Shown here piece by piece: positions 15,267 to 23,436 of a stretch of 24,000 nucleotides of DNA (the first letter of the stretch is position 1; each line of letters starts with the position of its first letter). This DNA is from Brenneria izbisi (GTDB lineage Bacteria > Pseudomonadota > Gammaproteobacteria > Enterobacterales > Enterobacteriaceae): assembly GCF_025840185.1 (NCBI RefSeq), contig NZ_JAMPJU010000002.1:233536-257535 (forward strand), written 5' to 3'. The notes beneath the pieces were generated by a model. That model was not told the DNA's origin, did no database searches, and saw nothing but the letters and a program-made list of their open reading frames with translations. The translations under genes were made by a program, and so were the position numbers.

Positions 15267-15280
15267 CGGAGCGGTCTACC

Positions 15281-16687
15281 TTATTCCAACCACTCGGTGT
15301 GGAATACGCCTTCTTTATCAGTGCGTTTATAAGTGTGCGCGCCAAAGTAGTCACGCTGGGCCTGAATCAGGTTAGCGGGCAATACCGCAGAGCGGTAGCT
15401 ATCATAATATGCAATGGCCGCGGAGAATGTCGGCGTCGGGATGCCTTGCTGAACCGCATAAGACACCACATCACGCAATGCCTGCTGATATTCATCAGCC
15501 ACTTGCTTGAAGTAAGGCGCCAGCAGCAGATTGGCGATATCAGCCTTCTGCTCATACGCATCGGTAATCTTTTGCAGAAATTGGGCGCGAATGATGCAGC
15601 CAGCACGGAAAATGCTGGCAATCTCACCGTAGTTGAGGTCCCAGTTGTTCTCTTCAGATGCCGCTTTCAACTGCGAGAATCCCTGCGCATAAGAGACAAT
15701 CTTACCCAGATACAACGCGCGACGCACTTTCTCAACGAACTCAGCTTGATCGCCGCTGAACGGCTGCGCGGTTGGGCCGGTCAGCACATTGGACGCCGCA
15801 ACACGTTGATCTTTCAGGGAGGACAGATAGCGTGCAAAGACAGATTCAGTGATCAACGACAGCGGTTCACCCAAATCCAGAGAACTTTGGCTGGTCCACT
15901 TGCCCGTACCTTTATTTGCCGCTTCATCCAGGATCACGTCAACCAGATATTTTCCGTCTTCATCTTTTTTGGTGAAAATATCCGCGGTGATTTCAATCAA
16001 ATAGCTGCTCAGTTCACCTTTATTCCATTCGGAGAAAGTCGCGGCCAGTTCGTCATTCCCCAGATTCAGCGCCTGCTTCAACAAGGCATAGGCTTCGGCA
16101 ATTAGCTGCATATCGCCGTATTCAATGCCGTTATGAACCATTTTCACATAATGACCGGCACCATCCGCACCAATATAGGCGACACAGGCTTCGCCTTCGG
16201 CGCGAGCAGCGATTTTTTCCAGGATCGGCGCAACCAGTTCGTATGCTTCTTTCTGACCGCCAGGCATGATGGAAGGCCCCTTCAATGCGCCCTCCTCACC
16301 GCCGGAAACGCCAGTGCCGATAAAGTTAAAGCCTTCGGCGGACAATTCACGATTACGACGGATGGTATCTTTATAGAAGGTGTTGCCGCCATCGATAAGG
16401 ATATCGCCCTTATCCAGATACGGTTTCAGAGATTCAATGGTTTTATCGGTCGCTTCTCCGGCTTTAACCATCAACAGAATGCGACGCGGTTTTTCCAGGG
16501 ATTCAACGAACTCTTCAACGGTGTAACACGGCACCAGTTTTTTACCTGGATTTTCTGCAATCACTTCGTCAGTTTTATCTGAAGAGCGGTTAAAAACGGA
16601 AACGGTATAGCCACGGCTTTCGATGTTCAACGCCAGATTGCGCCCCATCACCGCCATACCCACAACGCCAATTTGCTGTTTGGACAT
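15281..16687 (-). CDS. gnd: 6-phosphogluconate dehydrogenase, decarboxylating
   Basis: ORF 15281..16777 trimmed to the ATG at 16687 ([35 protein letters not shown]...), giving 468 aa as in E. coli Gnd. AGGAG lies 9 nt upstream. The sequence is near-identical in long stretches to enterobacterial Gnd. Confidence 0.97.
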   Translation of the reverse strand: MSKQQIGVVGMAVMGRNLALNIESRGYTVSVFNRSSDKTDEVIAENPGKKLVPCYTVEEFVESLEKPRRILLMVKAGEATDKTIESLKPYLDKGDILIDGGNTFYKDTIRRNRELSAEGFNFIGTGVSGGEEGALKGPSIMPGGQKEAYELVAPILEKIAARAEGEACVAYIGADGAGHYVKMVHNGIEYGDMQLIAEAYALLKQALNLGNDELAATFSEWNKGELSSYLIEITADIFTKKDEDGKYLVDVILDEAANKGTGKWTSQSSLDLGEPLSLITESVFARYLSSLKDQRVAASNVLTGPTAQPFSGDQAEFVEKVRRALYLGKIVSYAQGFSQLKAASEENNWDLNYGEIASIFRAGCIIRAQFLQKITDAYEQKADIANLLLAPYFKQVADEYQQALRDVVSYAVQQGIPTPTFSAAIAYYDSYRSAVLPANLIQAQRDYFGAHTYKRTDKEGVFHTEWLE

Positions 16688-16967
16688 TAAAGCAACTCCT
16701 GTCTGAAGGATAACCTGCCCGTGGCCGTTGCAAACACAATAAGTTGCAAACCCGCAGGCAATTAAAAACAGGCCCACATGGTAACTCAGCTTACGGCAGG
16801 TGAATAGTGATTGGTTTAATAGCCATAATTCGTGATGTCATCTCGCTTTATAGCCACTTTTCTTATCGGGACATTTGCCTTTATTGCGGCGTTCGATAAT
16901 AAGCGGGAAGCGATGCATTATCCTTGCTACGGTTTTTTCCGTCACGCCAGCTAACAGACTCAAGGAT

Positions 16968-16993
16968 ACGTTATGCCTGCTCAGGCATAACGT
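16968..16993 (-). other. Perfect 11-bp stem-loop 12 nt downstream of the galF stop
   Basis: ACGTTATGCCT-gagc-AGGCATAACGT on the minus strand (16993-16983 pairs with 16978-16968). No U tract follows (atccttgag). It could be a weak terminator or an RNA processing/stability element between galF and gnd. Confidence 0.45.
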
Positions 16994-17005
16994 AGACAGT
17001 AACTA

Positions 17006-17908
17006 TCAACCCTGCTTTTTCAGCAGCGCCTTAATGCTTTCCCGGAATTCCGCCCCCAACTCAGGATTGCGCAATCCATAAGAAACAAAAGCCTGCGCAT
17101 AACCCAACTTACGGCCACAGTTAAAGTTTTTACCCGCCATTTGCACGGCATCAACCTGCTGAGTTGAAATCAAATCAGCAATTACATCCGTAAGCTGGAT
17201 GCGTCCCCAGGCGCCGGGAACCGCTTTAGCCAGCAGCGGCCAGGCATCCGCCGTCAACACATAGCGGCCAACTGCGGAAAGATCCGAACCGGTGGCCGAA
17301 GGCGCTTCAGGTTTTTCAATCATTGAGGTAATCGCAGACGCATCCCCAGCTTTGGTCAACCTGTCCGCAGTTTCTATCACCGAATATTCCGGCAAAACTT
17401 CATAAGGCCGGTGTTTAACCAGAACCTGGCTACGCCCGGTTTCTTCAAAACGGGAGATCAGCAACGCCAGATTCTCTTTCGACTGATCGGCAGTGTATTC
17501 ATCCAGCACCACATCAGGCAGCACCACAACGAACGGCGAATCGCCGATAATAGGTCTGGCGCAAGATACCGCATGCCCTAATCCCAGCGTTTCTCCCTGA
17601 CGGACGTTCATGATAGTCACACCTTTCGGACAGATGGACTGCACCTCGGCCAGCAACTGACGCTTGGCGCGCTCTTCCAACAGAGATTCAAGTTCAAAGG
17701 AAGTGTCGAAATGGTTTTCGATAGCATTTTTGGATGCATGCGTCACCAATACAATCTCGGTAATACCGGCGTTAACACACTCGTTGACGATTTTTTCAAT
17801 CACCGGGCGATCGACTATCGGTAACATCTCTTTAGGAATCGCTTTGGTCACCGGTAACAAATTCATCCCTAAACCCGCGACAGGGATAACTGCTTTCAAT
17901 GATGTCAT
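17006..17908 (-). CDS. galF: UTP--glucose-1-phosphate uridylyltransferase family protein GalF
   Basis: 300-aa ORF beginning [97 protein letters not shown]. This closely matches remembered E. coli GalF ([35 protein letters not shown]...). It sits next to gnd. Confidence 0.93.
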   Translation of the reverse strand: MTSLKAVIPVAGLGMNLLPVTKAIPKEMLPIVDRPVIEKIVNECVNAGITEIVLVTHASKNAIENHFDTSFELESLLEERAKRQLLAEVQSICPKGVTIMNVRQGETLGLGHAVSCARPIIGDSPFVVVLPDVVLDEYTADQSKENLALLISRFEETGRSQVLVKHRPYEVLPEYSVIETADRLTKAGDASAITSMIEKPEAPSATGSDLSAVGRYVLTADAWPLLAKAVPGAWGRIQLTDVIADLISTQQVDAVQMAGKNFNCGRKLGYAQAFVSYGLRNPELGAEFRESIKALLKKQG

Positions 17909-18085
17909 GAATTGACTCTCTTTAATCTGATTGTTTCACCTGGCAGCGTAATCCCTCTACGCCACGCATGACTTTAAGATTACACCTAATCTGAGCCAAA
18001 CAGATCTCCAGAATCGCCTTTTTCTAAGATATCAGTGATATTCCGGCATGATGCCGACAATAAAAATCAATCATTGGGTGTTCCA

Positions 18086-18619
18086 TCAAACAGAGAAATC
18101 ACTCCACTGACGGCGCAACAACAGAATGATGAGAATAATCAGTACCACAAAAAAGAGGCTAGCGAGCTTTTTATCGACATCGCCAATGATGTTTTCAATC
18201 ACCTGACCGCCGAAATAGCCGGACATAACAAATATCAAAGCCCAAAGAACGACGCTAAGAAGATTGAGCGGCACAAAGCGTCTAAGGGAAAGTCGGGCTG
18301 CGCCGATCAACGTCGGGCCGATGAGACGAACGCCATACATAAAGCGCACGCCGATAACAAACGGCATCGGATGACGGGCAATCAAACGCTGAGCATAGGC
18401 GATGCGTTTTTGCTGGCCCTGTAAACGGAAGATAATCCGTTCGCCATAGCGACGTCCAGCGAAATACAGCACCTAATCGCCCAGTGAACAGCCAACCGCG
18501 ACCACAGCAATCCCCCACGGCCAATGCAGCAGTCCGTTTTGCGCCGCCCTCCCATCAAGGTGATGGTTACAAAATAGCAGCCAGTAAGCGTATTGCGTGA
18601 TGTAGTGGGACAGATTGAT
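18086..18619 (-). pseudogene. Decayed DedA-family (YohD-like) inner-membrane protein gene
   Basis: The C-terminal 128 codons (18086..18472, GTG-initiated in the track) read VLYFAGRRYGERI...HPMPFVIGVRFMYGVRLIGPTLIGAARL..., matching remembered YohD. An in-frame TAG (18475-18473) lies immediately upstream, inside the conserved GD-Q-VLY motif. Further upstream the same frame reads INLSHYITQYAY...AAQNGLLHWPWGIAVVAVGCSLGD, which is also YohD-like. The first codon is ATC (18619-18617) with TAA two codons before it, so there is no usable start. The segment FVTITLMGG (about 18547-18573) is readable only in another frame. Confidence 0.75.
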
Positions 18620-18680
18620 GCCTTATTTTTCTGTTAACGTAAGGGTGAGTAGAGGCTTGTTTGATTTTTTCCTGTCACAT

Positions 18681-18709
18681 CAGACAATTCTTGTGCCATC
18701 AGATATACT
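18681..18709 (+). promoter_or_regulatory. Candidate sigma70 promoter for rmlACD
   Basis: CAGACA (18681-18686), a 17-nt spacer, then TATACT (18704-18709), about 50 nt upstream of the rmlA start. Pattern match only, in an AT-rich region where such matches are common. Confidence 0.3.
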
Positions 18710-18757
18710 GTTGCTCTTATAACACCGCGGTTGATTAGACATTTTATAGGTATGATG

Positions 18758-19627
18758 ATGAAAGGGATCGTATTAGCGGGAGGAACAGGCACACGCCTGT
18801 ACCCCATTACTCGCGGAATTTCCAAACAGTTACTGCCAATCTATGATAAACCGATGGTTTATTACCCTATTTCTGTATTAATGCTTGCTGGTATCCGCGA
18901 AATCTTAATCATCACCACGCCAGAAGACATGCCTTCCTTCCAGCGTTTACTGGGCGACGGTAGTCGTTTCGGCATTCAATTAAGCTACGCAATCCAGCCC
19001 AAGCCAGAGGGACTTGCTCAGGCATTTCTTATTGGCGAAGAGTTTATTGATGGCGATCGTTGTGTATTAGTTCTTGGTGACAACATCTATTTTGGACAAA
19101 GCTTCGGTAAAAAACTGGAAGCCGCGGTCGCTCAGAATAAAGGGGCTACTATCTTCGGTTATCAGGTCACTGATGCGAAACGATTCGGTGTCGTTGAATT
19201 TGATGAAAATTTTAAGGCGTTATCCATAGAAGAAAAACCGGAAAAACCAAAATCAAACTGGGCTGTAACCGGACTCTATTTCTATGATAAAAATGTGGTC
19301 GATATGGCACGTCAGGTAAAACCCTCTCACCGTGGTGAACTGGAAATTACTACCCTTAATCAAATGTATCTTGAACAAGGCTTACTAAACGTTGAGTTAC
19401 TGGGGCGCGGATTTGCCTGGTTAGATACTGGTACTCATGACAGCCTGATTGAAGCATCCCAATTTATTCATACCATAGAGAAACGTCAGGGGCTGAAGGT
19501 TGCCTGCATTGAGGAAATCGCTTATCGCAAAGGTTGGGTTACCCGCGAACAGGTTGCTGAAGAAGCCAGATTGTTGGGTAAAACTCCTTACGGACAATAT
19601 TTAATACGACTAATCGCAGAAAGTTAA
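18758..19627 (+). CDS. rmlA: Glucose-1-phosphate thymidylyltransferase RmlA
   Basis: ORF 18731..19627 starts at a TTG. Three consecutive ATGs occur at 18752, 18755 and 18758. [50 protein letters not shown] is the canonical RmlA N-terminus, so I prefer 18758. About 290 aa. Confidence 0.95.
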   Translation: MKGIVLAGGTGTRLYPITRGISKQLLPIYDKPMVYYPISVLMLAGIREILIITTPEDMPSFQRLLGDGSRFGIQLSYAIQPKPEGLAQAFLIGEEFIDGDRCVLVLGDNIYFGQSFGKKLEAAVAQNKGATIFGYQVTDAKRFGVVEFDENFKALSIEEKPEKPKSNWAVTGLYFYDKNVVDMARQVKPSHRGELEITTLNQMYLEQGLLNVELLGRGFAWLDTGTHDSLIEASQFIHTIEKRQGLKVACIEEIAYRKGWVTREQVAEEARLLGKTPYGQYLIRLIAES

Positions 19628-19628
19628 T

Positions 19629-20162
19629 ATGCAAGTTATAGAAACTAAAATATATGGCGCCAAAATCATTGAGCCGAAAGTATTCGGTGATGCTCGAGGA
19701 TTCTTCCTGGAAACATTCGAAAAAAGACGTTATCAGCAGATGCTGAATATCGATCTTGATTTTGTCCAGGACAATCATTCCCGTTCAAGTAAAGGCGTGT
19801 TGAGGGGATTGCATTTCCAGCGCACCAACCCACAAGGGAAATTGGTTCGAGTTGTGTGTGGCGAAGTTTTTGATGTCGCCGTTGATATCCGTCCTGAGTC
19901 ACCAACTTACGGTAAATGGCACGGCGTTATTCTTTCAGAAGAAAACAAAACTCAGTTCTGGCTACCCCCAGGGCTTGCCCATGGCTTTGCTGTTTTATCT
20001 GATACTGCTGATTTTGAATATAAATGCACGGATTACTATAACCCACAGGATGAAGATTGCCTGCTGTGGAACGATCCGGAAATTGGTATTGAATGGCCGG
20101 AGTTCAACCCAATATTGTCTGAAAAGGATAAACAGGGAAAACTGTTCAGAGATTTAAGATAA
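19629..20162 (+). CDS. rmlC: dTDP-4-dehydrorhamnose 3,5-epimerase RmlC
   Basis: 177-aa ORF starting 1 nt after the rmlA stop. RmlC cupin motifs are present (F.D.RGFF.E.F; GVLRGLHFQ; KLVRV..G.VFDVAVD.R..SPT.G.W; P.G.AHGF..LS). The stop overlaps the rmlD start (TAATG). Confidence 0.95.
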   Translation: MQVIETKIYGAKIIEPKVFGDARGFFLETFEKRRYQQMLNIDLDFVQDNHSRSSKGVLRGLHFQRTNPQGKLVRVVCGEVFDVAVDIRPESPTYGKWHGVILSEENKTQFWLPPGLAHGFAVLSDTADFEYKCTDYYNPQDEDCLLWNDPEIGIEWPEFNPILSEKDKQGKLFRDLR

Positions 20163-21013
20163 TGAAGATATTACTTACCGGTGCAAAAGGCCAACTAGGT
20201 CGCTGTTTTCAGGATCGCCTTCCACCAGAATGGGAAATCCAGGCAACGGATGCGGATGAGTTAGATATCACGGATATCGAACAAGTCAGACAAGCGGTAG
20301 AGCAATTCCAGCCGGATACTATTGTAAACGCGGCCGCATATACTGCTGTTGATAAAGCAGAATCAGAACCCTTGCTAGCAGAATTAATCAATGTCACCGG
20401 CCCGGCAAATTTAGCAACTGTTGCACACGAAAACAAAATACGTCTGGTACATGTTTCAACCGATTATGTTTTTGATGGCAAAGCTACACACCCGTACACC
20501 GAAAACAGTCCTACAAACCCATTAAGTGTATATGGCAGAACCAAGCTAGCCGGTGAGCAAGCGGTAATGAAAGCGGCATCGGATTCGATTATTGTTCGCA
20601 CTGCATGGGTGTTTAGTGAGTATGGCAATAATTTCGTAAAAACGATGATCCGACTGGCGAAAGAGCGAGACAAACTTAGTATTGTCAGCGATCAACGTGG
20701 GTGTCCTAGCTACGCCGGTGATATTGCATTGGCTATTATTACACTATTACAACAGCAGGCCGAAAAAGGCATTTATCATTATTGTGGTGATGAAGAAGTA
20801 AGCTGGTATGAGTTTACTAAAGTAATTTTCAATATTGCCAAAAAGAAAGGCGTTATTAAATCTATACCAAGTCTAGCACCTATAACGACACAACAATACC
20901 CTACACCGGCTAACCGCCCCAGCTATTCAAGCCTGAATTGCTCAAAAATTAGAAAACTTAATATTGTTCTGTCTGATTGGGAAAACCGGCTTAAAGATAT
21001 TATTACCGAGTAG
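20162..21013 (+). CDS. rmlD: dTDP-4-dehydrorhamnose reductase RmlD
   Basis: 283-aa ORF with the Rossmann N-terminus MKILLTGAKGQLG and RmlD-like segments (NAAAYTAVDKAE; HVSTDYVFDG; P...YG.TKLAGE; RTAWV). Third gene of the rmlA-C-D run. Confidence 0.92.
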   Translation: MKILLTGAKGQLGRCFQDRLPPEWEIQATDADELDITDIEQVRQAVEQFQPDTIVNAAAYTAVDKAESEPLLAELINVTGPANLATVAHENKIRLVHVSTDYVFDGKATHPYTENSPTNPLSVYGRTKLAGEQAVMKAASDSIIVRTAWVFSEYGNNFVKTMIRLAKERDKLSIVSDQRGCPSYAGDIALAIITLLQQQAEKGIYHYCGDEEVSWYEFTKVIFNIAKKKGVIKSIPSLAPITTQQYPTPANRPSYSSLNCSKIRKLNIVLSDWENRLKDIITE

Positions 21014-21015
21014 AC

Positions 21016-21060
21016 ATTAGCCTGCTTTATTCAGAATAAATAAAGCAGGCTAATTTTATT
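21016..21060. terminator. Terminator hairpin between convergent rmlD and ugd
   Basis: ATTAGCCTGCTTTATT-cagaata-AATAAAGCAGGCTAAT is a perfect 16-bp stem (21016-21031 with 21039-21054). TTTATT follows on the plus strand. It starts 3 nt after the rmlD stop and abuts the ugd stop at 21059. The U tract is convincing for the plus strand only. Confidence 0.8.
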
Positions 21061-22225
21061 AATCCGAACCAAAGAGATCTCGGGTATAAACCTTTTCACA
21101 AACATCAGATAATTCTTGCGACATTCGATTAGAAAGAATTACATCTGATAATTGCTTAAACTCAGCTAAACTCTGAATTACTCGAGAACGGAAAAAAGAA
21201 TCTTCTTTCAATTCTGGTTCATAGACAACCACTTCAATTCCCTTTGCCTTTATACGTTTCATTACTCCTTGAATAGCTGAAGCACGGAAATTGTCTGAGT
21301 TAGACTTCATAACTAAACGATAAACACCAACAACTTTTGGATTACGACTAATGACTGAATCAGCAATAAAATCCTTACGTGTCCTATTCGCCTCAACAAT
21401 TGCATTAATTAAATTATTAGGAACACGGGCATAATTGGCTAACAACTGTTTTGTATCTTTCGGCAGGCAATAGCCACCATAACCAAAAGATGGATTGTTA
21501 TAGTGACTGCCAATACGCGGATCTAGGCCGACACCTTCAATGATCTGCTTAGTATCTAAGCCATTAGTTTGAGCGTAAGTATCCAATTCATTAAAATAAG
21601 CTACACGCATTGCCAGATAGGTATTGGAAAATAATTTTATGGCCTCAGCTTCTGTTGAGTCTGTAAACAATACTGGCACATTTTTCTTGATTGCACCTTG
21701 CAGTAATAAATTAGCAAATTTATTCGCCCGCTCAGAACGTTCTCCCACTACAATACGGGATGGATAAAGATTGTCATAAAGCGCTTTACCTTCTCGTAAA
21801 AACTCAGGAGAGAAAATAATATTTTCAGTATTAAATCTCTGACGTAATTTTTTTGTATACCCGACAGGAATCGTTGATTTTATTACTATTACAGTCTCAG
21901 AAGAGATTGATAGTACATCCTGAATCACAGATTCTACAGATTTTGTATTAAAATAATTCGTTGTAGCATCATAGTCAGTTGGGGTTGCAACAATAACAAA
22001 CTCTGCATTTTTATATGCCAAAGTCTTATTCGTTGTTGCTTTAAAATCAAGTTTCTTATTCTTAATAAAATCGTCTATTTCATTATCATCAATCGGCGAA
22101 ACACCTTTATTAAGCATCTCTACTTTTTTATCAACGATATCTAGCGCAATAACTTCATTATTCTGCGCTAACAACATAGCATTCGATAAACCGACGTATC
22201 CGGTACCTACAATCGCAATTTTCAT
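21059..22225 (-). CDS. ugd: UDP-glucose 6-dehydrogenase
   Basis: ORF 21059..22231 is TTG-initiated. I prefer the ATG at 22225 ([36 protein letters not shown]...SPI.D.EI), which matches the remembered E. coli Ugd N-terminus ([31 protein letters not shown]). The catalytic region [14 protein letters not shown] is present. About 388 aa and very AT-rich. Confidence 0.95.
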   Translation of the reverse strand: MKIAIVGTGYVGLSNAMLLAQNNEVIALDIVDKKVEMLNKGVSPIDDNEIDDFIKNKKLDFKATTNKTLAYKNAEFVIVATPTDYDATTNYFNTKSVESVIQDVLSISSETVIVIKSTIPVGYTKKLRQRFNTENIIFSPEFLREGKALYDNLYPSRIVVGERSERANKFANLLLQGAIKKNVPVLFTDSTEAEAIKLFSNTYLAMRVAYFNELDTYAQTNGLDTKQIIEGVGLDPRIGSHYNNPSFGYGGYCLPKDTKQLLANYARVPNNLINAIVEANRTRKDFIADSVISRNPKVVGVYRLVMKSNSDNFRASAIQGVMKRIKAKGIEVVVYEPELKEDSFFRSRVIQSLAEFKQLSDVILSNRMSQELSDVCEKVYTRDLFGSD

Positions 22226-22327
22226 TTTCAAATCACATTAATCCAACATGAAATAGTAAGTAAAAACCATAGCAGAAAATAATAGAAGATATTTCTAGCA
22301 TAATACTATATTCTCAGAAGACGAGAT

Positions 22328-23335
22328 TTAGGATTGATAAAAATCGCGATACCAATCGACAAATGCCTGAACACCTTCAACAACTTTCACCTGTGGACGA
22401 TAATCTGTTACTGCAAACAATCCATTTGTATCAGCATAAGTCTGATATACATCTCCCGCCTGCATAGGCATAAAATTCTTTTTCGCTTCAATTCCAAGCG
22501 CATTTTCCAGTGCAGTGATAAAATCCGTTAGTTTTACTGGGCTTCCGTGTCCAATGTTGTACACATTATACGGTGCCGAACTAGTAGCTGGAGAACCCGT
22601 CTCAACTCTCCATGACGAGTTAGCCTGAGGCACAACATCAGCGACACGCACCACTCCCTCCACTATATCACTGATATAAGTAAAGTCGCGTCGCATGTCT
22701 CCATGATTGTAAATATCAATAGGCTTACCACTAAGGATATTTTTCGTAAATTTGAATAGAGCCATATCTGGACGCCCCCAAGGACCATACACAGTAAAGA
22801 AACGTAGGCCTGTTGTGGGTAAACCATACAAATGCGAATAGGCATGGGCCATAAGTTCATTAGATTTCTTGGTAGCAGCATACAACGACACTGGATGATC
22901 TACACTATCTTCGGTAGAGAATGGAGTCTTGTTGTTAAGCCCATATACTGAACTGGACGAAGCGTAGACAAGATGCTCTACCTTATGATGGCGACACCCT
23001 TCAAGTACATTCACATATCCCATAAGATTACTCTGGGCATAGGCCATCGGGTTCTCTAGCGAGTAACGAACTCCAGCCTGTGCTGCCAGATGGATTACTC
23101 GGTCAAAATTTTCAGAAGCAAACAACTCATTCATCGCAGATGTATCAGAAATGTCCAACTTCTTAAAATGGAAATTGCTCAGAGCAACCAGTTGAGCCAA
23201 ACGCGCTTCTTTAAGCGATACGGTGTAATAGTCATTAAGGTTATCCACACCTACAACATCATGGCCACTTGAGCATAATGACTGGCAAACATAAAAACCG
23301 ATAAAACCGGCCGCACCGGTAACAAGATATTTCAT
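22328..23335 (-). CDS. UDP-glucuronate 4-epimerase (NAD-dependent SDR; Gla/Uge/LpsL type)
   Basis: 335-aa ORF beginning MKYLVTGAAGFIGF.V...L...GH.VVG.DNLNDYY.VSLK.ARL..L, with HLAAQAGVRYSLENP.AYA.SNL.G..N.LEGCRH.K..HL.YASSSSVYGLN...PFS..DSVDHPVSLYAATKK.NELMAH.YSHLYGLPTTGLRFFTVYGPWGRPDMALFKFTK. It is essentially collinear with remembered Klebsiella UDP-GalA-forming epimerase and lies directly upstream of ugd. Confidence 0.88.
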   Translation of the reverse strand: MKYLVTGAAGFIGFYVCQSLCSSGHDVVGVDNLNDYYTVSLKEARLAQLVALSNFHFKKLDISDTSAMNELFASENFDRVIHLAAQAGVRYSLENPMAYAQSNLMGYVNVLEGCRHHKVEHLVYASSSSVYGLNNKTPFSTEDSVDHPVSLYAATKKSNELMAHAYSHLYGLPTTGLRFFTVYGPWGRPDMALFKFTKNILSGKPIDIYNHGDMRRDFTYISDIVEGVVRVADVVPQANSSWRVETGSPATSSAPYNVYNIGHGSPVKLTDFITALENALGIEAKKNFMPMQAGDVYQTYADTNGLFAVTDYRPQVKVVEGVQAFVDWYRDFYQS

Positions 23336-23436
23336 TAGATAGCTCTCATACTTAATATTAGACAGAAAACATTGTCATTTCTCAAACACGACACATATCA
23401 TAGAGATGTTAAATAGTATGGAAGTGGAAAATTAAT

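Noticed and set aside
11707-16582. Long antisense ORFs inside yjbH (11707..12474, 255 aa) and gnd (15209..16105, 298 aa; 16133..16582, 149 aa).
   Set aside because: They lie opposite highly confident genes. There are no motifs, start context or SD sequences. gnd is one of the best-conserved genes in the window, so the sense frame explains the open antisense frames.
17957-17963. ops/JUMPstart-like sequence upstream of galF (minus strand GGCGTAG within GTGGCGTAGAGGG).
   Set aside because: The RfaH ops element is GGCGGTAG, and this copy lacks one G. The flanking sequence does not resemble the 39-bp JUMPstart. I found no exact GGCGGTAG or CTACCGCC by eye in the intergenic regions.
18029-18041. 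Perfect palindrome ATATCA-g-TGATAT between the pseudogene and galF, and similar AGATAT-containing strings near 15117-15145 and 18701-18709. I wondered whether they form a shared operator.
   Set aside because: The shared core is only 5-6 nt of AT-rich sequence, and the matches differ in orientation and flanks. Chance recurrence is likely in AT-rich intergenic DNA.
18035-18424. 129-aa plus-strand ORF antisense to the dedA-family pseudogene, with a fairly protein-like hydrophilic composition.
   Set aside because: Hydrophilic antisense frames are expected opposite a hydrophobic membrane-protein gene. It has a GTG start without an SD and no recognisable motif.
18736-21018. TAGACATT at both ends of the rmlACD block, considered as possible recombination or invertase sites.
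   Set aside because: The match is only 8 nt, in direct rather than inverted orientation. One copy lies in the rmlA leader and the other overlaps the rmlD stop. This is compatible with chance in 24 kb.
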